A DNA stretch of 64,000 nt from Planctomycetota bacterium (lineage in GTDB: Bacteria > Planctomycetota > UBA1135 > UBA2386): assembly GCA_965223545.1 (NCBI GenBank), contig OZ245006.1, positions 2,976,001 through 3,040,000 of the forward strand, given 5' to 3'. The position numbers and the translations under genes are program-made. Shown piece by piece: positions 48,475 to 58,595 of this stretch; the stretch's first letter is position 1; every line of letters starts with the position of its first letter. The notes under the pieces are model-generated. The model worked only from the letters and a program-made list of their open reading frames with translations, was not told where the DNA came from and made no database searches.

Positions 48475-49623
48475 TCACTCGCGCACGATCTCGAGCTCGA
48501 GCTCGCCGAGGTCCGCCGTGCTTTCGCCCCGCGCACTGCGGACGCGATCGATCTCCGCACGCATCACACCTCGATCGGAACAGAAGGCAAACGCTGTGTC
48601 GCGCGTGATCTGCGCGCGCTGGAACAACGCCGAGATGTGCTGGTCGAAGGTCTGCCAGCCGAAGGCGCGGCTGTCGGCGATCGTGTTGTAGAACGTGCGA
48701 TCCTCGTTCTCACCGCGTTCGATCAGCTCGCGCACGCGCATGGTGGATCCCATGATCTCCAACGCCGCCACCCGACTGCCCGACAACTTTGGCAGCAAGC
48801 GCTGCCCGACGATGTAGCGCAGCACTTGGCTCAGGCGCGTGCGCACCATCACCTGCTCCGCTTGAGGGAACATGCCGACGATACGGCTCACGGTCTGCCC
48901 AGCGTCGATGGTGTGCAGCGTGCTGAGCACCAGGTGCCCGGTCTCCGCCGCCTTGAGCGCGATCTCCATGCTCTCGGCGTCGCGCAGCTCACCGACGAGA
49001 ATCACCTTGGGCGCCTGCCGCAACGCCGCGCGCAAGCCGGCAGCGAAGGTGGGGAAGTCGCTTCCCTTCTCGCGCTGATTGATGGTCCCGCGCTTGTGCA
49101 CGTGCTTGAACTCGACCGGATCCTCCAGCGTGATGATGTGCGCCTGGCGTGACTCGTTGATGGCGTTGATCATCGCCGCGAGCGTGGTCGACTTGCCCGA
49201 GCCCGTCGCGCCGGTCACCAACACCAGGCCGTTCTGCGTGCGCACGATCTCGTCGAAGATCGAGGGCAGACCGAGCCCCTGCAGTGTCGGCACCTCGGTC
49301 GGCAGCACCCGCAGCACGATCGACAGGTTGCCCTGCACCTGAAAGACGTTGGCGCGGAAGCGGGTTCCATCCGCCAGCGTGTAGCTGCAGTCGCACGCGC
49401 CGTTCTGCGCCAGCTCTTTGAGCAAGTCCTCGTTGTCGCCGAGGATCGCCTCCGCCAGCTGCGCGGTCCGCTCGCCAGTCAACTGCGACTTGGCAGGATC
49501 GCGCACCGCCGGAATCAAGCGGCCGTTGGCCTCGACGAGCGGCGGTTGTCCCACCGAGAAGTTGAGGTCCGAGACACCGTCCGATGCGCGCAGCATCGTC
49601 GACAGGATCTTGTCGATGTCCAT
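48475..49623 (-). CDS. PilT/PilU-family type IV pilus retraction ATPase (second copy)
   Basis: GATGSGKST, TLEDPVE, ALRQAP, GELRD, ETGHLVLSTLHT; C-terminal RVRELIE and QTFDQ. Confidence 0.9.
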   Translation of the reverse strand: MDIDKILSTMLRASDGVSDLNFSVGQPPLVEANGRLIPAVRDPAKSQLTGERTAQLAEAILGDNEDLLKELAQNGACDCSYTLADGTRFRANVFQVQGNLSIVLRVLPTEVPTLQGLGLPSIFDEIVRTQNGLVLVTGATGSGKSTTLAAMINAINESRQAHIITLEDPVEFKHVHKRGTINQREKGSDFPTFAAGLRAALRQAPKVILVGELRDAESMEIALKAAETGHLVLSTLHTIDAGQTVSRIVGMFPQAEQVMVRTRLSQVLRYIVGQRLLPKLSGSRVAALEIMGSTMRVRELIERGENEDRTFYNTIADSRAFGWQTFDQHISALFQRAQITRDTAFAFCSDRGVMRAEIDRVRSARGESTADLGELELEIVRE

Positions 49624-49634
49624 GTTCGTCCTTC

Positions 49635-50765
49635 TCAGCGCCCGGAGCCGACTTGCCGGCGGCGGCCACCATCGCGATCCAACAGCTCTCTGTACTCATC
49701 CGGCACGGTGTGCAGGTGCCCGACGAAACGCTCCTTCGAGATGCACTTGTCGAACGCCTCGGCCGGATCGATCGACTTGGCCAGCACGAGCTCTTCGATC
49801 GAATCGTCGAGCATGCGCATGCCCAGCTTCCTCGAGGTCTGGATCACGCTGACGAGCTGATGCGTCTTGCCCTCTCGAATGAGATTGGCCACGGCCGGCG
49901 TACCGACCAGGATCTCCAACGCCGCCACGCGACCGCCGCCCTTGCTGATCCTGCGGAACAGGTTCTGCGCGATGACTCCCTTGAGGGATTCGGCGAGGGT
50001 CGTGCGCACCTGCTCCTGCGCATCGGTCGGAAACACGTCGATGATCCGATCCACGGTCTTCGCCGCGTTGGCAGTGTGCAGCGTGCCGAAGACCAAGTGC
50101 CCGGTGGCGGCAGCCTCCAACGCCAACGTGATCGTCTCCAGATCCCGCATCTCGCCGATCAGGATGATGTCCGGATCTTCGCGCAGCGCGCCGCGCAGCG
50201 CCGCCGAGAAGCTGCGAGTATGCACCCCGATCTCGCGGTGGCTGACCAACGACTTGTAGTTGTGGTGCTTGAACTCGACCGGATCCTCGATGGTGAGGAT
50301 GTGGTCGCGCCGCATCTTGTTGGCGTGGTCGATCATCGCCGCCAACGTCGTCGTCTTGCCGCTGCCGGTCGGCCCGGTGACCAGGACCAGCCCCTTGTGC
50401 AGCATAGCGAACCGCTTGCAGATCTCCGGTAGACCGAGGTCGTCGATACTGAGGATGTTCTCGGGGATCGCGCGGAAGACCGCGCTGACGCCGTTGGATT
50501 GGCGAAAGTAGTTGGCGCGATACCGGCCGACTTGCTCGAGCTCGTAGGCGAAGTCGACGTCGCCCGAGTCCATGAACACCTTCATCTTCGGAGCCGGCGC
50601 CACTTCGGACAGCCACTCCAGCAGGGTGTCGCTACGCAGTGGCTCGTAGCGGACCGGGTGCAGGACACCGCGGATCCGAAGGCACGGGGCGGACCCCGAC
50701 GAGAGATGCAGGTCGGAGGCCCCGTGCTTCTGCATCAACCGAAAGAACGAGTCGAGTTTGGCCAC
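49635..50765 (-). CDS. pilT: Type IV pilus twitching motility ATPase PilT
   Basis: ASDLHL, GPTGSGKTT, TIEDPVE, LREDPD, GEMRD, TGHLVFGTLHT and AVANLIREGK (AIRNLIRE motif). Confidence 0.93.
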   Translation of the reverse strand: MAKLDSFFRLMQKHGASDLHLSSGSAPCLRIRGVLHPVRYEPLRSDTLLEWLSEVAPAPKMKVFMDSGDVDFAYELEQVGRYRANYFRQSNGVSAVFRAIPENILSIDDLGLPEICKRFAMLHKGLVLVTGPTGSGKTTTLAAMIDHANKMRRDHILTIEDPVEFKHHNYKSLVSHREIGVHTRSFSAALRGALREDPDIILIGEMRDLETITLALEAAATGHLVFGTLHTANAAKTVDRIIDVFPTDAQEQVRTTLAESLKGVIAQNLFRRISKGGGRVAALEILVGTPAVANLIREGKTHQLVSVIQTSRKLGMRMLDDSIEELVLAKSIDPAEAFDKCISKERFVGHLHTVPDEYRELLDRDGGRRRQVGSGR

Positions 50766-50871
50766 AGTGAAGACGTCTTCCTCACTGCTTATCGGCGCTC
50801 GCCCGCCGTCACCGTACCGGCAAAAACCAGGAGACGGTGCAGCAGCTGAGCCCGAGGCTCTCCGCGGGCGA

Positions 50872-53800
50872 CTAGCGCTCCTGCAGAGAGGCCAGGTAGG
50901 CGACGACGTCGCGCAGCTGGGCGGCGGTGAGAATGCCGCCCATTGGTGGCATTGACGACACAGGCTCGGTGCGCGCTGCGATCTGCGACACCGGGATCTC
51001 GACTTCGGCCTCTCCCTCGGGTTTCAGACGCAGCACGGTCTCGGACTCACCGCGCACCGCACCGACCCGGGTCGTGCCGTTGTCGAGCGTCACCGCGATC
51101 GTGCCATAGCCCTCGGTGATCGCCGCGGTCGGCTGGACGAGCGCCAACAACAGATCCTGACGCGTCCGATCCGCGCCGATGCCATCGAGCACGGGCCCGG
51201 CATCACCACCATCGCCGGCAACGCGGTGGCAGCGCGTGCAAGTTGCGGAGACGTGTTCGCGGAACACTTTCTCGCCGGCGGCAACATCTCCACCGACCAA
51301 CGTCTCCGACCAATCCCGCAGCGGATCCCCGGCGGGCTTGGCGTCCCGGTAGCTCTGCAGCGCGTCTTGGATCTCGGTCTCGGGCCGCGCCTGGGCTGCA
51401 AGGACCACGTCGAGCGCGAGCTCGGGCGCGATGCCGCCAGCGCGCAACGCTTCGACCTGCGCCGCGATCAGGGCAGCGGCGTTGGCATGGGGAATGGCGG
51501 CGAGCAATTGCAGCGCGTGGCGCTGCTCCGAGAGCTCCCCCTGGGTCAGCGCGGCGGCTAGGACCGGAATCGCCGCCAGCGGCTCGAGCTTGGCCGCCAA
51601 TGCGACGGCCGCGCGCCGCAACTCGGGCGCGGCGGACGCGGCACACTGCTCGAGCTCGGCGCGCGCGGCCTCGGGTCGCAGTGCTCCCGCCGCCGACAGC
51701 GCCGTCGCCCGCGTAGTGGCGCCGACCGCGGGCTCGCGCACCAGCGCCATCAGTTCCGGGACGACGGCATCCGCCTTCAGGCTCCGCGCCGCGTCGATCG
51801 CGGCGATGACCACCGACGCGGGCGCAGCCGCCACGGCCGCACCGAACTCCGCCACCAGAGGAGCCACGGCATCCCCGGCGTCTCGCGCGGGCAAGGGCCG
51901 CCATAGCCCAAGGACCATGTCGCGCGCCGACGGCGCCGCCCATTCGCCGAGCGCGGCCAGAGCCAGCGCTCGCATCTCCTCATCGCCGGCGCCGCCCGTG
52001 GCGAACTCCACCAACCGGTGCGCCGCCGCCCGCGTGCCGAGCCACTGATTGGCGGCGATCGCCCGGCGAGCGAACGGACGCTCGGCGGCCGCTGCACTCA
52101 TGAGGGCGGCGGCCAGCGCCGGTCGGGCGGCTTCGATCGGCACGTCGTGGATCGCCCGCGCCGCCTCCACGACGATGCTCCGCTCCTCGTCATCGAGGAA
52201 GCGGGCAACCGCCGCGTGCCGCAAGCGGCGCAGTGCCAGCAGCACGGCGCGTCGCACCGACGGGTCGGCGGTGCCGATGGCCTCGATCAACACGTCCTCG
52301 TCGCCGGTGCCGAGCAGTCCCATCACGCCGGCGTGCCGCAGCACCGGGTCGCGGTCCGCGTTGGCGGCGAGCATCTGGCAAAGCGGCGCGAACGCGGGCG
52401 CGTGGCCCAGCGCCCCCAACGCCTGCGCGGCGGCGGCGCGGACCCTGGCGCTCGGATCGTCGAGACACTCGATCAGCGCGGGCGCCGCGGCCACATAGCG
52501 CGCGTCGCCCGCGACGCGGGCCATCTGCTTGCGGATCTCGGCGTCGCCGTCTTCGAGCAACTCACCGACATCTTCGAGCACATCCGGCGCGCTCATCCGC
52601 GCCACTTGGCCAAGGGCCCAAAGTGCATGCACCCGCGCGATGCGACGCCCGGGCCGACCCGCGACTGCCACCAGCTGCGGCACGATCGGACGCCCTTGCC
52701 CCGCCAACGCGAACTGCGCACCTTGACGCACTCGACGATCGGCGTGCCCGAGCAAATCCAGCAGCTCCTCGACCGATCGATCGGCGAAACCGACGCGCAG
52801 CAGAGCCGCGGTCTGCGACACGTCCGGTGCCGCGCGGCGATCGGCGGCGGACACGCGGTAGATGCGACCCTTCCCCGGGGCATCCCAACCCTCGGTCCAG
52901 TCGGTCAGGTACAGGGCACCGTCCGGGCCGAACTCGACATCGGTCGCCAACACCCGCCAAATCAGGTCGGAGCGCGCATCCAACTCGAAACCGGCGCCCT
53001 TGGGCAGTACGCGCACCGCGTGCACTCCGCTCGGCGCGCTGGCTCCGCGGAAGTCGCACAAGAAGAAATGATCGGCGTACCTCGGGGGCAGCGCGACACA
53101 GCCGGGGTTGTAGACCAAGCCCGACGGCCCGCTCGCCAAGTTGGCGACCGGCGGCACGATCCAAGCGGCCTGCCCAGCGAAGGCGGGGTGCCACAGCTTC
53201 TCCTCGTTCCAGGGACCCCGGTCACCGAGGTACTGGAAGCTCATCAGCCAGCCGCTGTCACCGCCCTGCACGACGTGGACCCAGCGCGCTGCGTCGCCTC
53301 CATCCGAGTTGTTGTCGCCGGTGAACAGGTTGCCCCATCGGTCGAACGCCAACTCCTGCGGGTTGCGCAGACCGCTGGCAAACACCTCCAGGTGGGACCC
53401 ATCCGGCTCGCAACGCAGCACCGCCCCGGTGTGCGGATACTCGAGCCGGACGCCCTCGGCCGTGGTCACGTTGAACCCGCGGTCGCCGATGCTGAAGTAC
53501 AACCTGCCGTCGGGACCGAAGCAGAGACCGTGCATGTCGTGGCCGAGCAGCGCCGTGTGCACGCCGAAGCCACCGTGCAACGCCGATCGGCCATCGGCGA
53601 CGCCATCCCGATCGCGATCCTCCAACCGCCACAGGTGCGGGATGCACGTGTAGTAGACGTGTTTGCCCGCGGCGAGCACGCCGGCAGCGATCCCGGCAGC
53701 CGCATCGCTGAAGCCGTCGGCGAAGACGCTGGCGCGGTCGGCGACTCCATCGCCGTCGTCATCGAAGATGCAGCGGATGCGCTCGTGGTGTTGCGCGTAG

Positions 53801-54180
53801 CTGTCGAACTCGTCGCCGAGGTGTCTCGCGTACTTGGCAACGCGATCCTCGACCGTCGTGCACGCCAGGTCATCGTCGATCCAATAGGTGTGGCGGCGGT
53901 TGTCCGTGACCCCCGCGTGCAGCCGAAAGGTCTCACAGACGTAGAAGGTGCCGCGGTCATCGATGTGGAACGCGACTGGATTGGCCAGCAGGGGCTCGGC
54001 GGCCACCAGCTCGACCGACAAACCGTCGGCTGGCTGGAACCGTGAGATCGCAGCGCGCGCCTCGTCGGAGGCGGGGGCGATCGCGGGAACGTACGGAGCC
54101 GACTGCGCAGCGGCGCCCGCGGAGGCGACCACCGCGAGCAACGCTGGCCAGCGGACCGGTGGGATGGGAGAACGCGACAT
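50872..54180 (-). CDS. PVC-type membrane-bound dehydrogenase-like protein: beta-propeller + HEAT repeats + c-type cytochrome
   Basis: Signal peptide; LVAAEP, GLRNP, FTGDN and FGPDGALY; HEAT repeats; heme motif CTRCH, GPVLDGIG and distal SSMP. Confidence 0.88.
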   Translation of the reverse strand: MSRSPIPPVRWPALLAVVASAGAAAQSAPYVPAIAPASDEARAAISRFQPADGLSVELVAAEPLLANPVAFHIDDRGTFYVCETFRLHAGVTDNRRHTYWIDDDLACTTVEDRVAKYARHLGDEFDSYAQHHERIRCIFDDDGDGVADRASVFADGFSDAAAGIAAGVLAAGKHVYYTCIPHLWRLEDRDRDGVADGRSALHGGFGVHTALLGHDMHGLCFGPDGRLYFSIGDRGFNVTTAEGVRLEYPHTGAVLRCEPDGSHLEVFASGLRNPQELAFDRWGNLFTGDNNSDGGDAARWVHVVQGGDSGWLMSFQYLGDRGPWNEEKLWHPAFAGQAAWIVPPVANLASGPSGLVYNPGCVALPPRYADHFFLCDFRGASAPSGVHAVRVLPKGAGFELDARSDLIWRVLATDVEFGPDGALYLTDWTEGWDAPGKGRIYRVSAADRRAAPDVSQTAALLRVGFADRSVEELLDLLGHADRRVRQGAQFALAGQGRPIVPQLVAVAGRPGRRIARVHALWALGQVARMSAPDVLEDVGELLEDGDAEIRKQMARVAGDARYVAAAPALIECLDDPSARVRAAAAQALGALGHAPAFAPLCQMLAANADRDPVLRHAGVMGLLGTGDEDVLIEAIGTADPSVRRAVLLALRRLRHAAVARFLDDEERSIVVEAARAIHDVPIEAARPALAAALMSAAAAERPFARRAIAANQWLGTRAAAHRLVEFATGGAGDEEMRALALAALGEWAAPSARDMVLGLWRPLPARDAGDAVAPLVAEFGAAVAAAPASVVIAAIDAARSLKADAVVPELMALVREPAVGATTRATALSAAGALRPEAARAELEQCAASAAPELRRAAVALAAKLEPLAAIPVLAAALTQGELSEQRHALQLLAAIPHANAAALIAAQVEALRAGGIAPELALDVVLAAQARPETEIQDALQSYRDAKPAGDPLRDWSETLVGGDVAAGEKVFREHVSATCTRCHRVAGDGGDAGPVLDGIGADRTRQDLLLALVQPTAAITEGYGTIAVTLDNGTTRVGAVRGESETVLRLKPEGEAEVEIPVSQIAARTEPVSSMPPMGGILTAAQLRDVVAYLASLQER

Positions 54181-54240
54181 GCGACGGAGAGCGTATCCCG
54201 ACGGCGGGAGGATGTCGGCGGCTCACCCCGTCTCCGGCCG

Positions 54241-57200
54241 TCAGCTTCCGCGCCCCTGCGCGGGGGGAGCCAACCAACCGATGCCCGCCGCACGAGCCTG
54301 CTCTGCGAGCGCGGACACATCGCGCGTGAGCACGGCTTCCGCCTCGGCGCGAGCCGTCCGCAACGACTCTTGCGCATCGTCCATCAGCTCTTTTTGCGCG
54401 TCGGTCGGCGCCCGCCAAGAGGAGGCCAACGAGCGCATCGCCCAGGCGATGGCCGCGCGTGGATGGTTGCGCGGGTGCACGCCCTGCCGAGCGCGCGGTC
54501 CGGCCAACGCCTCGTAGGCGCCATCCACGCGGTCGCGCACCGTCTGCGCGCGCTGCACCAACTCGCCGAGGCGGTCGTCGGTCGGGTCCACGGCCTGCCG
54601 GACGTCGACCTTCTCCAGCAGCCGCCCGATGTCGGCCCGCGCGTCCTCCAAGCGGTCGAGCAAGCCGATCAGCTCCTCCTTCCACGCTCCCATTTGGAGC
54701 ACCGCGGCTTCGTTGGCGGCCCGGTCTTCTGCGCTGATCTGCAAGCGTGGATCCGCCAGCACCTTGACCGAGACCTCGGGGTGAAACACTCCGAGCACCA
54801 AACGCACGGTGTAGTCTCCCGGGGGCACCTCGGGTCCATGCGGATCGAGCAGCGCGCCGTCCTCCCGCTCTTCACCCGGGAAGGGGCGGAAGCCATCGCG
54901 GCGCAAGTTCCACACGACGGTGTTGATGCCTCGCACGACCGGCCGCTCGAACACGCAGACCCGCTCCTTCGCAGCGTCCATGACCTCCACGCGCACGCGC
55001 GGCGCTTCGCCGACCACGCCGTTGACGCCGGGGCTCGGCAACGCGGCGCCGTCGGCAGCAAAGCGGATCAGCGCGCCGTACGGGCGATTGTCGCCCCGGA
55101 ACTCGCCATCGCCGGGAAAACGCGAGGCGTCCGTTTGCCGGACCCAGTGCTGCGGAGCATCTCGCACCGGAAAGGGCTTGAGACCGGCAGTCAGCTCCTC
55201 CGCGCTCAGCCCGCGCAGCGGGCCGATGTCGTCGATCACGTAGATGCCCCGACCATGCGTTCCGATGATCAGGTCGCCCGCGTCCTGCTGCAGCGCCAGC
55301 GAGCGCACCGCGACCGTGGGCAAACCGTGCGTGAACGGCGTCCAGCTGCGACCACCGTCGATCGACAGCCACAGGCCGAACTCGGTGCCGAGGAACAGCA
55401 GCTCGCGGTGCAGCTTGTCCTGCAGCAGGACGTGCGCGTAGCCGCGGACACCGTCGGTCGCCAACCGTTGCCAGGAGACGCCGTAGTCTGTAGTGCGGTA
55501 GACGTAGGTCTCGAAATCCGCGCGGCGGTGGTTGTCGAACACCACGTACGCCTCGCCGGCATCTTGCCACGAGGCTTCGATATGGGCGATCCAGGTGGAC
55601 TCCGGCACTCCCGCGCACCGCGCCGACATGTCGTCCCCCCAACTGTCGCAGTCGTCCGTGGTGACGTGGAGCCGGCCGTCGTCCGAGCCCGCCCACACGA
55701 CGTCACCGCTGATCGGGCTCGGTGCGATCGCGGTCAGGGTCGTGAAGTTCTCGGCCCCGGTGACGTCTGCGGTGAGCCCACCGCTCTCGGCCTGCCGCTG
55801 CCACTCGACGTTGTCGGACGTCAGGTCGTCACTGACGGTGGTCCAGGTTTCGCCGTCGTCGCCGGACCGGTGCACGAATTGACTGCCGAAGTAGATGGTG
55901 CCGGAGTCCCGATGGATGGCCAGGGGGGCATTCCAACCGAACCGCAGCGGCGCGTCCCCCTCCGGCAGGTTGCTGCGCGTCGGCCGGATGCTGCGCCGCT
56001 CGCCGGTGCGCAGGTCGAACCGATGCAGGTAGCCCTCTTGCGTCATCGCGAACCCGACATCCGGCAGCGTGGGGTGCGGGTGGGTGCCGAAGCCATCGCC
56101 GAAGCCCACCTCCTGCCAGTGGTGGTTGCGAATGCCACCGTTCTCGGCGACCACGGCCGGGCCACGCCACGAGCCGTTGTCCTGCATGCCTCCGTAGACC
56201 AGGTAGCCGATGCCACCGGGATCGAGCTCGCCGGCGGCGACGTGGTACAGCTGTGCCAGCGGTAGATTGCCGACTACGCGCCAGGTCGCGCCCCGATCGC
56301 GGCTGACGGCCACGCCGCCGTCGTTGCCGTCGAAGATCAGCTCGGGGTCCTCGGGGTGGATCCACCACGCGTGATGGTCGGGGTGCACGGTCGCCGCCGT
56401 GACCAGCGGGGTGAACGTCCGCCCGCCATCGACCGACACGTCCACTTCGTCGTGCAGGTTGTAGACACGGTCGGGTAGCCGCGGATCGACGCGAATGTCG
56501 CAGTAGTAGAACGGCCGCGGCGCGATGTCGTGGTCGTTGTTCACCAACTGCCAGCTCTGGCCACCGTCCGCCGACCGGTAGAGCCCACTGCGTTCCGCCT
56601 CGATCAACGCGTAGACCACGTCGGGATTGCTGCGCGCGATCGCGATCCCGACGCGCCCCCACTCTCCCTCCGGCAAGCCGTGTTCCACGCCGAGCTCCTG
56701 CCACGTATCACCGCCGTCACGCGTCACGTGCAACCCCGAGTCGGGTCCGCCAGAGCGGAAGGAATGGGGCGAGCGCCGGTGATCCCAGAGCGCCGCGAAC
56801 AGCTTGTCGGGGTCCCGCGGGTCGGCGACCAAATCAGCGGCTCCGGTCCGCTCGCTGCGCTGCAGCACGGGCTCCCAGGTCTTGCCTGCGTCTTTCGTGT
56901 GGAACACACCCCGCTGCGCGTTGTCGCCCCAGGTCATCCCCAGGGCCGCCACCCATGCGACATCCGGGTTGGTTGGATGCAGCACGATGCGGTGGATGCG
57001 CTCGGTCTGACTCAGGCCGAGGTGCACCCAGCTGCTGCCACCGTCGGTCGTCCGATACACGCCGTTGCCGACCGATGCGCTGTTGCGCGGGTTGCCCTCG
57101 CCGGTGCCGACCCACACGATGTCCGGGTTGGGTTGAAAGATCGCGACCTCACCGATGGCGGCGACGTCCTGCTCGTCGAACACCGGCTGCCAGGTCAGGC

Positions 57201-57417
57201 CCGCGTTGCTCGACTTCCAAACCCCGCCGGTCGCAGCACCGACCCAGACGATGTTCGGGTCGGCGACGACCGCGTCGATCGCCGCCACCCTGCCGCTCAT
57301 GCCGGCGGGGCCGATGGAGCGCGCCTCGAGCCCCGACAAGAGCTCGGGCGGAATCTGTGCGGAGATCGAGCCGGCGAGCAGAACGATCGTGAGAACGACG
57401 CGCATTCCCCTCATCAT
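54241..57417 (-). CDS. Secreted VPS10/BNR-repeat (sortilin-like) glycosyl hydrolase-like protein
   Basis: RSIGPAGMSGR, many S.DGG.TW Asp-box repeats, HPDHH, GG.QDNG and THGRG. Confidence 0.88.
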   Translation of the reverse strand: MMRGMRVVLTIVLLAGSISAQIPPELLSGLEARSIGPAGMSGRVAAIDAVVADPNIVWVGAATGGVWKSSNAGLTWQPVFDEQDVAAIGEVAIFQPNPDIVWVGTGEGNPRNSASVGNGVYRTTDGGSSWVHLGLSQTERIHRIVLHPTNPDVAWVAALGMTWGDNAQRGVFHTKDAGKTWEPVLQRSERTGAADLVADPRDPDKLFAALWDHRRSPHSFRSGGPDSGLHVTRDGGDTWQELGVEHGLPEGEWGRVGIAIARSNPDVVYALIEAERSGLYRSADGGQSWQLVNNDHDIAPRPFYYCDIRVDPRLPDRVYNLHDEVDVSVDGGRTFTPLVTAATVHPDHHAWWIHPEDPELIFDGNDGGVAVSRDRGATWRVVGNLPLAQLYHVAAGELDPGGIGYLVYGGMQDNGSWRGPAVVAENGGIRNHHWQEVGFGDGFGTHPHPTLPDVGFAMTQEGYLHRFDLRTGERRSIRPTRSNLPEGDAPLRFGWNAPLAIHRDSGTIYFGSQFVHRSGDDGETWTTVSDDLTSDNVEWQRQAESGGLTADVTGAENFTTLTAIAPSPISGDVVWAGSDDGRLHVTTDDCDSWGDDMSARCAGVPESTWIAHIEASWQDAGEAYVVFDNHRRADFETYVYRTTDYGVSWQRLATDGVRGYAHVLLQDKLHRELLFLGTEFGLWLSIDGGRSWTPFTHGLPTVAVRSLALQQDAGDLIIGTHGRGIYVIDDIGPLRGLSAEELTAGLKPFPVRDAPQHWVRQTDASRFPGDGEFRGDNRPYGALIRFAADGAALPSPGVNGVVGEAPRVRVEVMDAAKERVCVFERPVVRGINTVVWNLRRDGFRPFPGEEREDGALLDPHGPEVPPGDYTVRLVLGVFHPEVSVKVLADPRLQISAEDRAANEAAVLQMGAWKEELIGLLDRLEDARADIGRLLEKVDVRQAVDPTDDRLGELVQRAQTVRDRVDGAYEALAGPRARQGVHPRNHPRAAIAWAMRSLASSWRAPTDAQKELMDDAQESLRTARAEAEAVLTRDVSALAEQARAAGIGWLAPPAQGRGS

Positions 57418-57488
57418 GCAGCACTCTCACCCGTTGGCCATAGCCACCGCGGGTCGATCCCGCGGCAGCCCCTCCCACCCCTCCGAGA

Positions 57489-58595
57489 ATGAAGATCCGC
57501 GCCGCCGTCCTCGAATCCTTCGGCTCCCCTCTCGTCGTTCAGGAACTCGACCTACAAGGACCTCGCGCCGGCGAGGTCCTGGTCAAGCTGCACGCCTGCG
57601 GCGTCTGCCACACCGACCTGTACACCGCCAGTGGCGCCGATCCGAGCGGCTACTGCCCGACGGTTCTCGGCCACGAGGGCGCCGGCGTCGTCGAGGCGGT
57701 TGGCGAGGGCGTCACCTCGGTCGCCGTCGGCGACCACGTGATCACGCTGTTCTCGCCCGAGTGCGGCGAGTGCGTGCACTGCCGCAGCGGCAAGACCAAC
57801 ATCTGCACGGCGATCCGTGCCCAGCAAGGTCAGGGCTACTTGCCGGATGGCAGCGCGCGCCTTTCCCGCGACGGCGAGCCGATGCGGCACTTCATGGGCT
57901 GCAGCACGTTCGCCGAGTACACCGTGATGCCCGAAGTCGCGCTGGCCAAGATCGACAAGGCCGCAGACCTCAGCGCGGTGTGCACGCTGGCGTGCGGCGC
58001 GACCACCGGGATCGCGGCCGCACTGTGGAAGGCCGAAGTGGAGGCCGGCGCAACTTGCGCAGTGTTCGGCGCCGGCATGGTCGGCCTCGGCGCCGTCGTC
58101 GGCGCAAAGCTGCGCGGCGCCGAACGCATCTTCTGCGTCGACCTGTCTCCCCAACGCCTCGAGCTCGCCCGCCGCTACGGCGCGACGGACACGATCGTGG
58201 CTGGCGAGGACAGCGTGCAGCAGATCCTGGACGCGACCGGCGGAAACGGCGCCGACTACACCTTCGAGGCGACCGGCCTCGTCGACGTGATGGGCCAGGC
58301 GGTCGAAGCAGCGCGCATCGGCTGGGGCCTGTGCACGGTCCTCGGTGTCGCCGGCAAGGGCGAGCAGCTGGGCATCGTCCCACGCCTGCTGATCACGGGA
58401 CGGCGGGTGCAAGGCGGTAGCTTCGGCGGCGCCAAGGGACGCACGCACGTTCCGCAGTTGGTCGACATGTACCTGGATGGCAAGATCGACCTGGACGGGT
58501 TCGTCTCGCACCGTCTCACCCTCGACGACGTCAACCGCGGCTTCGAGCTGATGGAGCAACAGGACGGCATCCGCTCGGTGATCGAGTTCAAGTGA
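57489..58595 (+). CDS. Zinc-dependent class III alcohol dehydrogenase / S-(hydroxymethyl)thiol (formaldehyde) dehydrogenase
   Basis: GVCHTD, GHEGAG, CGECVHC...C, HFMGCSTF, GAGMVG and IRSV. Confidence 0.85.
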   Translation: MKIRAAVLESFGSPLVVQELDLQGPRAGEVLVKLHACGVCHTDLYTASGADPSGYCPTVLGHEGAGVVEAVGEGVTSVAVGDHVITLFSPECGECVHCRSGKTNICTAIRAQQGQGYLPDGSARLSRDGEPMRHFMGCSTFAEYTVMPEVALAKIDKAADLSAVCTLACGATTGIAAALWKAEVEAGATCAVFGAGMVGLGAVVGAKLRGAERIFCVDLSPQRLELARRYGATDTIVAGEDSVQQILDATGGNGADYTFEATGLVDVMGQAVEAARIGWGLCTVLGVAGKGEQLGIVPRLLITGRRVQGGSFGGAKGRTHVPQLVDMYLDGKIDLDGFVSHRLTLDDVNRGFELMEQQDGIRSVIEFK

